From a virus (taxonomy: Duplodnaviria > Caudoviricetes): DNA of 64,000 nucleotides. Within the stretch, counting starts at the first letter, position 1; the number at the start of each line of letters is the position of its first letter. Below are positions 1-9,420 of this stretch, piece after piece. The stretch lies in the IMG/VR virus record IMGVR_UViG_3300020577_011550, positions 1 to 64,000 of that record; one strand, given 5' to 3'. Under the pieces are notes generated by a model. The model saw nothing but the letters and a program-made list of their open reading frames with translations. It did not search any database and had not been told where the DNA came from. The position numbers were made by a program, and so were the translations under genes.

Positions 1-582
1 TAGGCCGAAGTAGCGCCCGTATTCCTGCACCAGCACATCCGCCGCGAGCTTCGACGCGCCAAACAGCGAATGTTTCGACTGATCCACGCGCATCATCTCA
101 TCGATGCCCACGCGCCCATCGGCGTACTCGTAGCGCGTCGCCAGTTCGGTGAACGCCAGATCGTTGGGCGCATCGCCATAGACCTTGTTCGTCGAGAGAT
201 GCACAAAGACCACGTTCATTTTTCGTGCTGCTTCCAGCAGATTCAGCGTGCCGCCCGCGTTCACTTCGAAATCGTCAAAGATGCGCCGGGCCGCCAGATC
301 GTGCGACGGCTGCGCCGCGGCATGCACGATCAGATCCGGCGCCAACCGCTCCACCAGATTCAGCACGCGGTTGCGGTCGCGGATGTCCAGATCGATGTCC
401 AGAAAATTGGCACACTGGTCGCGCAGGCGCTCTCGGTTTGGCCGTGTATCCCCACCGGGACCGAAGAAATCCGCGCGCATATTGTTGTCGAGGCCGATGA
501 CCAGCCAGCCCAATGCGTTGAAATGCTCGACCACTGCCGAGCCGATCAAGCCGCTGGAGCCTGTGACGAGGATGAGCTTCAT
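1..582 (-). CDS. NAD-dependent epimerase/dehydratase (CDP-paratose 2-epimerase-like), runs off the window end
   Basis: Manual translation of the minus strand from ATG 582: [18 protein letters not shown] (GxxGxxG)...[10 protein letters not shown]...STNKVYG...LFGASK (YxxxK-type). ATGA overlap with upstream gene. Absent from the ORF track because it has no stop inside the window. Confidence 0.9.
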   Translation of the reverse strand, partial: MKLILVTGSSGLIGSAVVEHFNALGWLVIGLDNNMRADFFGPGGDTRPNRERLRDQCANFLDIDLDIRDRNRVLNLVERLAPDLIVHAAAQPSHDLAARRIFDDFEVNAGGTLNLLEAARKMNVVFVHLSTNKVYGDAPNDLAFTELATRYEYADGRVGIDEMMRVDQSKHSLFGASKLAADVLVQEYGRYFGL

Positions 583-1922
583 GATTTCCTCAGCACCCAG
601 CCGCCGAGGGCATAAAGGCAGCCTTGCCAATCGCGTTCAGACACGCTCACACTGATCGCGCCGCAGGCTTCCGCCTTTGAACACAGTGACCAGACCCCGC
701 CAACCTTGCGCCAGAACATGGACGACAGCACTTCAAAGCCATAAAGCAGCGTGTCCAACCGGTCACCGCCATACACACGATGCATTGGGGCATGTACATG
801 GTCGCGCCCGACGGGCAGCGTTAGGATCAACAGTCCGCCCGGATTCAGCGCAGCATACAGCCGCCGCATCGCCTGCAAGTCACCATCTTTGACCATATCC
901 GTGACGCCATAGCGCCCGGCCAAGCCAATGTGTTCGAGCGTACTGCACGCTACGATGAGATCAAACGTCGGCAGCTCTACCGCCAGCACATCGCCAATGA
1001 TGGTCTTGGCTGGGACGTTCATCGGCTGGTAATCGAGAGCAGTTGTGCTCCACCCTTGCCGATTCAGCGTGTCGATAACACGACTGACACCGCCACTGCC
1101 TACGTCGAGCGCGGAGCGCCCCATACCCGCTGGAATGGCGAGATCAACAAATCGATATTCGATATCCCGATCCCCGGCCAGATTGTGCGAGAGGTGGAAA
1201 TTCAGCCCCCGCGGCGGGTACGGCGCGCTAAGACCAATTTCATAGGGATCTAACGGCTGCTGGCCGAGATAGCGTTGATGTGGATACCAGTCCATCCATA
1301 CGGGCGCATACTCCGGTTGCGGTTGATTCGCGCATAGCGCCTGATACGATGCATTCCGCCAATGGCTGTCATACGGGGCTTTCAACGCACCATAGTGGAA
1401 GATCGTCTGCGTCACCTCTTTAGTCATGCCCATCTTACCGGGTTCGAAGGCGGGGGTTTCGTGCGCAGGCTGGAACGCGCCCTCATGTCGGTAGCTGATG
1501 CCCTTGTTCAACAACCACGCACGCCATTGGCGATAGGGGTCAAGATCCGGCGCATAGTGCAGCCGATCGCGCACAAAATTCACGCGCGGCAGGTGCAGCA
1601 GCGCGAATTCTCCCCGCTCCAGCTCGCGCCGGATGCCGTCAATGTCCTCGGGGAACATGAGCTCATCCGGGTCAAGGCGCAGGATCGCGTCATAACCCGC
1701 CGCTTCGACATGATCGAGCAAGGCCTGCGCGTGCTCACCGAATTTCCAGTCAAAGGGGCGCTCGAAGACCACACCGCCGAGCGCGCGGATTACGTCTGCG
1801 CCGCCATCGGTGGACCCGCCATCCAGCGCGACCACGCCATCGACCGCCGGGAGCATCACCGGCAGATGCAGCTTAAGCCAAGCGGCTTCATTCTGAAACA
1901 TCAATGCGAGTGCGAGTTTCAA
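579..1922 (-). CDS. Glycosyltransferase family 2 fused to a class I SAM methyltransferase (DUF268-like)
   Basis: N-terminal GT-A motifs ([16 protein letters not shown]); C-terminal LDVGSG, STLEHIG...GRYG, LNPGG. Confidence 0.8.
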   Translation of the reverse strand: MKLALALMFQNEAAWLKLHLPVMLPAVDGVVALDGGSTDGGADVIRALGGVVFERPFDWKFGEHAQALLDHVEAAGYDAILRLDPDELMFPEDIDGIRRELERGEFALLHLPRVNFVRDRLHYAPDLDPYRQWRAWLLNKGISYRHEGAFQPAHETPAFEPGKMGMTKEVTQTIFHYGALKAPYDSHWRNASYQALCANQPQPEYAPVWMDWYPHQRYLGQQPLDPYEIGLSAPYPPRGLNFHLSHNLAGDRDIEYRFVDLAIPAGMGRSALDVGSGGVSRVIDTLNRQGWSTTALDYQPMNVPAKTIIGDVLAVELPTFDLIVACSTLEHIGLAGRYGVTDMVKDGDLQAMRRLYAALNPGGLLILTLPVGRDHVHAPMHRVYGGDRLDTLLYGFEVLSSMFWRKVGGVWSLCSKAEACGAISVSVSERDWQGCLYALGGWVLRKS

Positions 1923-4267
1923 CCAATTCCTCCGAGAATGGATAACAGATCGCGGGATACGAGGCTCGTCAGGTAATCGCCCAAGAGCGTGCGCATAAAC
2001 GGTGTGGCGGCGACAGGAGTCAGCGGCGCAGGCTTCGCGGCTTGCAGTTCAGCGCGCAGTGAGGCGATCACATCATCCGCGCTCTCGGTAACGGCCGGCA
2101 AATTTGCGCAAAGGCAGTTGTGAACGACGTGACCGTTGACCGTGTACGTATTGTCTGTGTCCACGTGCATGTTGTACACCAAGCCGGTGTAGAACTTTTG
2201 CTCTACTGCCCGGATCACGGTATAATTCATGTGGGCTTGAGTGGGATTAGCTACCCCGCTGACAAACTGGTTTCCTGACCGGTCGCCCACCTCAACATCA
2301 GGAGACGATGACAGGAGATCGTTACTATGCGCGCTTGTACCAAGTGCTGCAAGTTGTGCGACGGCATTCTCTGCCGAAAATGCTACGACGAAGGCCGCGC
2401 CCAAGCAGCAGCTCAAAGAAATGCCGTTCGTATTTGCCCCCGGTGCGGTGCACCCCGCGCACGAAAAACCAAACACTGCATGAAGTGCAGCGGCGAAATT
2501 CGCACAGAAGCTGTCTTGAAAGACCACATTTCGCGAATTGAAGCAGTTTTCAATCGCCCAATCCTTGATGTCCTCACCGAGTTGTATACCAATTCCACGC
2601 TCGGAACTCCCGATATTTGTACCCAACTTGGCGTCCCGTTTAGAACCCTGCGTGCAATGCTGCTCCACATCGGCATCCCACTTCGAACACGCAGTGAAGC
2701 TGTCAAAATGCAGTGGGAAAGACCTAACAGCGATGTTCGTCGCACTGTCCAAGGACAGCGTATGGGGCAATTTTCCAGAATCTATCTTCGAGGAGAAAAC
2801 AACCCCGCCAAACGTCCCGAAGTGGGGGCGAAGATTTCCCGCGCCAAGTTGCGCCATAATCCGGGACTGAATGTCATGCGCGGCGCCGAGATCCTCCGCC
2901 CCACCAGCATTGAGATCGCTATGGGTGAAGCGCTGCGCGCCCAAGGTTTCCGCTTTGAACGCGAATACCGGGTTGGCCGCTTCTTCTTGGATTTCGCTCA
3001 CCCCATTGCCAAGATCAACATCGAATGTGACGGGTTGTACTGGCATAATGCCGAACGGGATGCTATCCGCGATCAATGGCTGTCGGCGCGTGGTTGGATT
3101 ACTTTCCGGTACACCGACGAGATGATCAACAGCGATATTCAGTCCTGTATGGAGCACTTTATCTTCTGGCTTGAGGTCTTGGGCATTGACCCATCCGCGC
3201 TCGGTTAAGACCGGGTGCTCAGGCGTCAGCGTAAAGCGGCCTGAGTCGGTTGTGACCTCGTAAACCTGCCCATCGTATTGCCGTGACCATGCCATCAGGA
3301 CACGGCAATACCGCCCATGATCTGTCAGCACATAATCACCCTCTCGCACATCCTCAATGACAAGCACACCTCGCTTGGTTGTAACCAATTGCCCCGGCGT
3401 ACAGCATTGCGGGTGGCTATCCGCTACAACCATCGGCGCACCCTCGAGCGGGTACGGATCTTTGATGCGTTCACCGCTCATGCCAATGGTGGCGAGCTGG
3501 TCGCAGATATCGGCTTTCGGATGCCGGGCCGACAAACGCCAGTCCATACCGCTGACGAACGGATTCGCGCGGCTGGCTGCAAAAGTCGCCTCCGATGCGG
3601 CGCGGCTCACTTCTGACCGGGCCAGCACCATCGCGTGAAAGCTGGCGTCTGTGCCATAGGGCTTGTTCGTGCGCAGCGTCCGAGTGGGACGTAGGAAGGC
3701 TTCAAGATCTTGCGACATCAGCAGCGCACCGCGACCGGTGCGGATACCATCAGTCAGCAATGCGTCGATTTTGAGGCGTGTGTTCTGCCCTGCCCTCCAG
3801 ATGCGATCACTGAGGCGATAGCCATTCGGGTCAACCCACGTGTGCGGGGCATCATAATTAGCCAGCGGATTGGTGATGTTCACCTGCTCACGCGCCAGCG
3901 GACGAGCGGTCGCCAACCATGCGAGCACATCATCCGGCAGCCGTTTGCGGAGATACAAGGTGTGCGCAGTCAACGTCCGCGCAACACCTAAAGCCATTCG
4001 GTAGTTCAGGATCGAAGCGAAGCGCGACACGGGCGTTACGCCATCCGTGGCAAAGACCATTCGCCCCTGGGAGAATAACCCGGACACAATGGCGCCACAG
4101 TTTTCCAAAACCAGATCGCGGCGATAGGTCGGGATCACCCCATTCACGGTATTTTGGGTGAGAATGCCGCTCAACTGTTGTACAGCGTCGGCCATCATTT
4201 GATCGACGTCGGCGTTGATTTCCTTGAGTGTCTGGTAGACCACCCGGGAACTAGCGATGTTTTTCAT
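1919..4267 (-). CDS. Minor head / head morphogenesis protein (SPP1 gp7 / Mu gpF family) containing an intein
   Basis: Follows portal; LARSEVSRA and WRLS...ICD motifs; HPQ|CLC (HPNCRC-type) motif restored after removing the intein. Confidence 0.88.
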   Translation of the reverse strand: MKNIASSRVVYQTLKEINADVDQMMADAVQQLSGILTQNTVNGVIPTYRRDLVLENCGAIVSGLFSQGRMVFATDGVTPVSRFASILNYRMALGVARTLTAHTLYLRKRLPDDVLAWLATARPLAREQVNITNPLANYDAPHTWVDPNGYRLSDRIWRAGQNTRLKIDALLTDGIRTGRGALLMSQDLEAFLRPTRTLRTNKPYGTDASFHAMVLARSEVSRAASEATFAASRANPFVSGMDWRLSARHPKADICDQLATIGMSGERIKDPYPLEGAPMVVADSHPQCCTPGQLVTTKRGVLVIEDVREGDYVLTDHGRYCRVLMAWSRQYDGQVYEVTTDSGRFTLTPEHPVLTERGWVNAQDLKPEDKVLHTGLNIAVDHLVGVPESNPTTRRQPLIADSIPFGIMPVQPVTFDVDLGNGVSEIQEEAANPVFAFKAETLGAQRFTHSDLNAGGAEDLGAAHDIQSRIMAQLGAGNLRPHFGTFGGVVFSSKIDSGKLPHTLSLDSATNIAVRSFPLHFDSFTACSKWDADVEQHCTQGSKRDAKLGTNIGSSERGIGIQLGEDIKDWAIENCFNSRNVVFQDSFCANFAAALHAVFGFSCAGCTAPGANTNGISLSCCLGAAFVVAFSAENAVAQLAALGTSAHSNDLLSSSPDVEVGDRSGNQFVSGVANPTQAHMNYTVIRAVEQKFYTGLVYNMHVDTDNTYTVNGHVVHNCLCANLPAVTESADDVIASLRAELQAAKPAPLTPVAATPFMRTLLGDYLTSLVSRDLLSILGGIG
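2198..2226 (+). promoter_or_regulatory. Sigma70-type promoter for the antisense endonuclease, inside the intein coding sequence
   Basis: TTGCTC(2198-2203)-17 bp-TATAAT(2221-2226); GAACTTTTGCTC (LexA-like) overlaps the -35; CAGGAG RBS before ATG 2327. Confidence 0.6.
2327..3208 (+). CDS. Vsr/DUF559-family (PD-(D/E)xK) homing endonuclease with Zn-finger and NUMOD3-like motif, antisense within the intein
   Basis: CxxC clusters, GENNPAKRPEV, then PTSIE...FEREYRVGRFFLDFA...IECDGLYWH...RDQWLSARGWITFRY; RBS and promoter present. Confidence 0.88.
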   Translation: MRACTKCCKLCDGILCRKCYDEGRAQAAAQRNAVRICPRCGAPRARKTKHCMKCSGEIRTEAVLKDHISRIEAVFNRPILDVLTELYTNSTLGTPDICTQLGVPFRTLRAMLLHIGIPLRTRSEAVKMQWERPNSDVRRTVQGQRMGQFSRIYLRGENNPAKRPEVGAKISRAKLRHNPGLNVMRGAEILRPTSIEIAMGEALRAQGFRFEREYRVGRFFLDFAHPIAKINIECDGLYWHNAERDAIRDQWLSARGWITFRYTDEMINSDIQSCMEHFIFWLEVLGIDPSALG

Positions 4268-5700
4268 GCTGCGTTTTGCTGCGGCGTACCATCATCCGCA
4301 TTCGGATCAGGTGTGTTGGCCAGCTGATTAATCGCGGCCTGGTCGCGCTGATCCTGCTGCGCCTGCCGCTCATCACGTTGTTTCTGTCCAGCCCGGAGCG
4401 CATCTTCAACATTTTCAATGCGCAGCGGCAGGAGTTCCAGTGCGGTCTTATCATCGATGATGCTGGTTTCGCTGTGCGCGTATTTGACGGCGTTCAGGAC
4501 GAGGTTGCCGTCTTGTTCATTCAGCGGCTGCCACTGGATCATGATCGGCGTCTCAGCGTCAACGCGGGTTTCGAACACGCTGTAGTAGGCGAGTACCACG
4601 CGGGCAATCTGCTGCATCCACGTTTCGACGAGGCCGCGCCGCTTCTCTAACCACTTGATGAACGGCGGCATCTGTGCGTCCGCACTGGCCTTGCTGGAGG
4701 CGATGGCGTTACCCCAGACGAATTCGGGGACTTCGGTATGCTGGAGATACAGATAGAACAGCAAGCCGAGCAGCGCTTCAACATCCGCGCTCATCGACGC
4801 TGGACTCTTCCATGAGAACTTCGCTTGATTCGGGAGCACCACCAGATTGTCCGCGTCGAAATCGACGACGTTGACGGTTTCTGTTGTGCCATCGGACAGC
4901 GTGGTCGTAACCTGTCTGGAATAGCGCTCCATAAACTTATCGACCGCTTTCGGATCGCCCATTTCTTCGATCACGGGCGTCGGGCGACCCTGACGAATGT
5001 TGCCCTTGATCGCCGCATCGAAGATTTCGCCATATTTTTGCAGCAAGGGGATCACCGCTTCACCCTCAGCGCGCCCAAAGGTTTCATCCATGCCCTTGCG
5101 ATTAGGCACATGAATCACGGGCACTAAACCGATCAGGTTGCGGTAGGTACGCGGTCTGCTGACCCCACTGTCGTAGGTGATCGTTTCCACACGCTTTTCA
5201 GCCGTGTAGTCATTGACAATGGTCATGGTGCGTCCGGTGTCCGTCGGATGTGAAAATGTCTGGGTGATGCGCCAGCCGATGATCTTGCTGAAATTCTGCT
5301 CATCGACAATGGGATCAACCAGATGAGGCGGCATGATCGTGACACTGAGATCCGCGTTGATAACAACGAAAAAATCGCCCAGATTGAGCGATTCTTCGAA
5401 AACGCGGAGCATGTCTGCATGGTGATTGCTCCACCATTCATTCAAATGGAGCTGGGCGTTGCGGTCGTCACACTTCCAGCGCGGTTCTTTGCCCATGACG
5501 TATGAGGCGATTTTGGACGCGAGCGGTTTGAGCAGCAGCCCGCTGATCTCCAGACCGGCCGCTTTGCCGCGCCGCGCTTTATCCCAGAAGGCATAATCGG
5601 GCTGCGTCAAATCCTGCTGTGTGTAGGTTGACCAAGCGCTACGAAACCGAATCAAATAGCGTTTCGCAGAACCGATCAACTCTCGAATTGGATTCGCCAT
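4264..5700 (-). CDS. Portal protein
   Basis: Between terL and minor head gene, 478 aa; VPVIHVPN...FGRAEGE portal-type motif. Confidence 0.85.
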   Translation of the reverse strand: MANPIRELIGSAKRYLIRFRSAWSTYTQQDLTQPDYAFWDKARRGKAAGLEISGLLLKPLASKIASYVMGKEPRWKCDDRNAQLHLNEWWSNHHADMLRVFEESLNLGDFFVVINADLSVTIMPPHLVDPIVDEQNFSKIIGWRITQTFSHPTDTGRTMTIVNDYTAEKRVETITYDSGVSRPRTYRNLIGLVPVIHVPNRKGMDETFGRAEGEAVIPLLQKYGEIFDAAIKGNIRQGRPTPVIEEMGDPKAVDKFMERYSRQVTTTLSDGTTETVNVVDFDADNLVVLPNQAKFSWKSPASMSADVEALLGLLFYLYLQHTEVPEFVWGNAIASSKASADAQMPPFIKWLEKRRGLVETWMQQIARVVLAYYSVFETRVDAETPIMIQWQPLNEQDGNLVLNAVKYAHSETSIIDDKTALELLPLRIENVEDALRAGQKQRDERQAQQDQRDQAAINQLANTPDPNADDGTPQQNAA

Positions 5701-5727
5701 GTTGCCCTTTCTAAAGCAAAAACGCCC

Positions 5728-5739
5728 GAACGGGCGTTC
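5728..5739. promoter_or_regulatory. Perfect GAAC-N4-GTTC box upstream of portal, inside a GC hairpin, below a minus-strand TATAAT (5749-5754)
   Basis: cGAACgggcGTTCt; coincides with the hairpin aaaacgcccgaacgggcgttc, so it may be a terminator instead. Confidence 0.4.
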
Positions 5740-5763
5740 TCTATTTCGATTATAAAGGACACG

Positions 5764-6030
5764 TCAAGAAGCGATGTAAGCGGCCTCCAACCGAGCGCTA
5801 GCCTCTTCAAAAGCGTGAGGTGCTACCGGAATAACAATGGTGGCGGGCTTATACCGCTCTTGCAGTATCGCTAAAGCTTCATACTCTGCTGGACGATGAT
5901 CGTAATCACCGATGTCCTCCCAAATGTCGGGCTCCCGATACCATTCAAATCCTTGTTCCAGATCAATGGCCGATAATTTCGCCCGCTTTGCCGCTTCTGC
6001 ATCGCGCAAGATGCGTTCAAAAATGCTCAT
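5764..6030 (-). CDS. Hypothetical protein between terL and portal
   Basis: 88-aa ORF filling the gap; extended -10 TGTTACCAT upstream. Confidence 0.6.
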   Translation of the reverse strand: MSIFERILRDAEAAKRAKLSAIDLEQGFEWYREPDIWEDIGDYDHRPAEYEALAILQERYKPATIVIPVAPHAFEEASARLEAAYIAS

Positions 6031-6071
6031 AGCTCAATGGTAACACAAGTCTTGATTTTCGCACAACTGTT

Positions 6072-7568
6072 CTACCATTTGAACCTGTAGCTCTTAATCT
6101 CGGGTTCACTTGTTTCATGCAGTTTATTGAATGCGCCCGCGGTCGCATCGCCCTGATCACGGTACTGGCTGTTCGGAATCGCCACCATTTCCTCGATGTA
6201 ATCGCGATTCCATTTACCTTCAATCAGAATGACATTTCCGGCTTCGGCTTGCGCTGCGAACGGTTCAAGGCGGGCATCTTTATTCCCGCTCGGCATATCC
6301 CGGTAAATGTTGAAGCCCGCGAGGTTGCGGATCGTCGATTCAGCGCTCTCTTTACCGCCAGAACCCGGCTCTTGCTCGATATAAATGTCCACCGCATAGA
6401 CATCTCCGAACATCTGCGCGTCGAGCTGCGCGGTTTGTTTCATGATGCTCTCGCGTTCCAAGGCCGACCACTGCCCGCGCACTACGTCTTCGATGTAGAT
6501 TTTGCCGTCTAGCCCGCGCGCGAGCAGCGCGCCGCAAGTGTAGGCCCCAGAACCATCTGTTCCGGCCTTGTCCCAGTACCGGACGCGCCCCTGCACATCC
6601 GCCGGGCGCGCGCGCTGAATATGAGACAGCCATTCACGCTTAATGCGATTGCCTTCGACCGCCCGCGGCACGCCCTGATAGAGCGAGGCCCACACTACCG
6701 AGCCCACTTCACGCTGAATCTCGTCAACAGCAGCTTGGCTAAAGCGGCTTGGGGAGAGGCATTCGCCGGGCTGACGTCCGAGCGGATCCGGCATGCCTAG
6801 GGGTTGCCCCAAGAATTCATTGTTGTGGTCGCGCTCCTCTTGCGTTTCCGCTTTGGCAGGCAGGCGCAGCAGCGTCCACATGCCGGGGTAATTCTTGAGC
6901 AGACGCCCGGTGAGGTCATCCTCGTGCCAGCGCGTTTGAATCACAATGATCGCGCCACTCTCGCCCATACGGGTACGAAGCACGGACTGATACCATTCCC
7001 ATACCGTATCACGCACCGTCAGCGACTGCGCTTCCTTCCAGTCTTTCAGCGGGTCATCGACTACGGCCAACGCCCCGGGAAAGCCTGTCAGCCCGCCGCC
7101 CACACCGATCGCGCGGACACGACCACGATACGGATAGGCCAACCCCCATTCATTGACCGCGCGACTATCACGCCGGGTCACGATGGGCGCGACGTCAATG
7201 GCGCGCAGTTCGCCAAACAGGGCCTTGTATTCACCGCTCTCGACGACCCCGCGCGCTTCACGGGACATACGCTCGGCGAGATCAGCGGCATAGCTGGCGA
7301 TGATCACCGGGTCATTTGGGCGCCGTCCGCTCCAGTACGCGGGGAAACGGATGGAAGCCAGCTCGGATTTACCGTTTTGTGGGGGAATGTTGATCAGCAG
7401 CCGCCTGATCTGTCCTTCCAGCACCTGATCCAGCGTATTGGCAATCAGGTGATGGACGGGATCGGGCTTGTAACCGGGAAACGTGTACTTCGTGAACTCG
7501 ATCAGGCTGGAACGGGCGCGCCGCCGCCTAAGCAGCTCTTGCGCGGCTTGTTGTTTGGTGATGTTCAT
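6072..7568 (-). CDS. terL: Terminase large subunit
   Basis: PPQNGKSE Walker A, VVDDP Walker B, QTRWHEDDL, YWDKAG, EQEPGSGGKE, DQGDA nuclease motifs. Confidence 0.97.
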   Translation of the reverse strand: MNITKQQAAQELLRRRRARSSLIEFTKYTFPGYKPDPVHHLIANTLDQVLEGQIRRLLINIPPQNGKSELASIRFPAYWSGRRPNDPVIIASYAADLAERMSREARGVVESGEYKALFGELRAIDVAPIVTRRDSRAVNEWGLAYPYRGRVRAIGVGGGLTGFPGALAVVDDPLKDWKEAQSLTVRDTVWEWYQSVLRTRMGESGAIIVIQTRWHEDDLTGRLLKNYPGMWTLLRLPAKAETQEERDHNNEFLGQPLGMPDPLGRQPGECLSPSRFSQAAVDEIQREVGSVVWASLYQGVPRAVEGNRIKREWLSHIQRARPADVQGRVRYWDKAGTDGSGAYTCGALLARGLDGKIYIEDVVRGQWSALERESIMKQTAQLDAQMFGDVYAVDIYIEQEPGSGGKESAESTIRNLAGFNIYRDMPSGNKDARLEPFAAQAEAGNVILIEGKWNRDYIEEMVAIPNSQYRDQGDATAGAFNKLHETSEPEIKSYRFKW

Positions 7569-8017
7569 GATGCGGCAATGCGTTCCAGTTCGGCTTCTGT
7601 CATCTCGCCTACAGGACGAATGAACGATTCGCCCTTCGTGGTCAGATCCACCGCGACCGGCTTTTCTGTGCCTTGCAGCTTGACGATCCGGTCTTCCATC
7701 TCAGCGGCGATGCGCAGCGCGTTCAGGTTCTTCTTATTGACGCGGTAGTCTTCCCACGCGCGCATCTGGATCTCCCGGTACTGCGCGATGCTGCGATTTC
7801 GGTTGGTGACCACGTCGTCAATGTACGTGCGTCGGCGCAGCTCGTCACATCGCTTAATGTCGCGGTAGGCGGTGCGCAGCGTCACGCCAAGCGCCTCGGC
7901 GATCTGGAGCGGGCTCGCGCCCTGCACCTGCATGGAGCTCACAATCGCCAGACGCGCCAAAATATCCGTGTCTTCAAACCACACCACGGATTTTTTACCC
8001 TTCTTCGCGCCTGGCAT
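7565..8017 (-). CDS. terS: Terminase small subunit
   Basis: N-terminal HTH (QIAEALGVTLRTAYRD); 4-nt overlap directly upstream of terL. Confidence 0.8.
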   Translation of the reverse strand: MPGAKKGKKSVVWFEDTDILARLAIVSSMQVQGASPLQIAEALGVTLRTAYRDIKRCDELRRRTYIDDVVTNRNRSIAQYREIQMRAWEDYRVNKKNLNALRIAAEMEDRIVKLQGTEKPVAVDLTTKGESFIRPVGEMTEAELERIAAS

Positions 8018-8149
8018 TGTCTATAAATCCCTCTCTCAAGCGCACCAGAATCGAAACACGCCGCGTAAAGCACGGCGTGTCGTTGCATTAATTATAATGT
8101 TAGTGTCAACGTGAGCATCAATGTTCACCTTATGTTCTTTCAATCAGCG

Positions 8150-8383
8150 TTACTCTGCTCCAATCAAATCCGCCACGAAGTAAAATTCTTCAGGACTGAG
8201 GATGTACATTGCCCCCGGCACTGTAACGAGATGAGGCAGTAGCATCGGCATACCCGATGCACGAGCTTCTTCAGCCAAATGCCGCATTGTGTCTAACCAC
8301 CACTCCGCGATGCACATTACAGTCCCCGCTGGAATTACATCTGGGACGAATACTGGCATAGAAATTGTGTTGTTATCGCTCAC
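8150..8383 (-). CDS. Hypothetical protein
   Basis: 77-aa ORF overlapping the stop of the upstream gene. Confidence 0.6.
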   Translation of the reverse strand: MSDNNTISMPVFVPDVIPAGTVMCIAEWWLDTMRHLAEEARASGMPMLLPHLVTVPGAMYILSPEEFYFVADLIGAE

Positions 8384-9420
8384 GATTGAGACTCTTCGAT
8401 AGACGCTTCAAACACAGTATCGGAATAATCCACTGAATCACCCATGACCTCATAGTCTTTGACGCGAATGCCGTTCTTTGCGTTGCCGACTGCTGTAGCT
8501 GGACGCCAGAATGTACCCGTGTACTTACCGAACAAGGGTGCATCGTCGGTGTAGTGCGCGAAATTACCGCGCCGAATGTGCAGTGGTATAACATCGAATT
8601 GCTGTTGAGGCTTATCGTCGCGCTCATACCGCTTGCCCATCGGCTTAATCGCCAGCGTCTTGTATTTCGTCATGGGCACGCCGAAATGACGTTGATAGGC
8701 CGCGTTGTCGGCGGGATCGGGTTCGTGGTCAATGGTGACGATGTTGCGGCAGTTGAGGAATTGAACGCCGTACAAGCCGCGATAAACCAGAGCAATAAAA
8801 CAGGCGTACCTATTCGCGAACAGCGATGTGTTAACATCTAATATTTCACCTTGATCGTTGAGGATTATTACGCCAGTTCCGATTTCCTCAAACTCACCCT
8901 CAAAGATACTAAAACATGCAACATTGATACTTTTGCATGTATGCGATGATTCCTCCGAGTCATACTGACATCCAAAGTAAACTACGATCCCATTGCTCAC
9001 CATAACCAGATCATCGGCATCAAACCATGTCTGATCCACGATCCGCATCTCAATCAGGACTTCAGAAAACGGCATATTACCGACTGATTGAAATTCAAGC
9101 TTTGGAGGGCGTTCAAATAGCCCGGCAGGAGTCTTGATTCGAGGCTCCATCTCAGACAAGTCTATGACCGGGAGAGTGGATGATATGAACATATCGCACC
9201 CTGCAAGAGGGGAGACTTCTGACGGCAACGGAAATTCATTGCCCGTTGTATTCCAATAATCATCACGTATCTGTATATCAGCCAATTCTTCAGCGGCAGC
9301 AGCTTTAACTTGCTGGATAAGCAAGTCAGATAGCCGCGCCCGCTTGACCAGCCCCTCGATTTCTCGCGCCTTCTGTACCTGTTCCATGCGCTCACGGCGC
9401 TTGCGTGATGCTTTACCCAT
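8380..9420 (-). CDS. Hypothetical phage protein (AT-richer cassette)
   Basis: 346-aa ORF, RBS GAGGTG; C-terminal HIRRG...FW...VG...G.RVKDY motif seen in phage hypotheticals. Confidence 0.8.
   Translation of the reverse strand: MGKASRKRRERMEQVQKAREIEGLVKRARLSDLLIQQVKAAAAEELADIQIRDDYWNTTGNEFPLPSEVSPLAGCDMFISSTLPVIDLSEMEPRIKTPAGLFERPPKLEFQSVGNMPFSEVLIEMRIVDQTWFDADDLVMVSNGIVVYFGCQYDSEESSHTCKSINVACFSIFEGEFEEIGTGVIILNDQGEILDVNTSLFANRYACFIALVYRGLYGVQFLNCRNIVTIDHEPDPADNAAYQRHFGVPMTKYKTLAIKPMGKRYERDDKPQQQFDVIPLHIRRGNFAHYTDDAPLFGKYTGTFWRPATAVGNAKNGIRVKDYEVMGDSVDYSDTVFEASIEESQS

Larger units (their letters stand above)
2117..3406 (-). other. Intein (430 aa) in minor head protein, with no in-frame endonuclease
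   Basis: Block A CCTPGQLVTT, block B TPEHPVLTERGWV, block F/G VYNMHVDTDNTYTVNGHVVHN|C. Confidence 0.92.

Noticed and set aside
70-615. 181-aa plus-strand ORF in the track
   Set aside because: It is the antisense shadow of the minus-strand epimerase (1-582), which has clear Rossmann and active-site motifs
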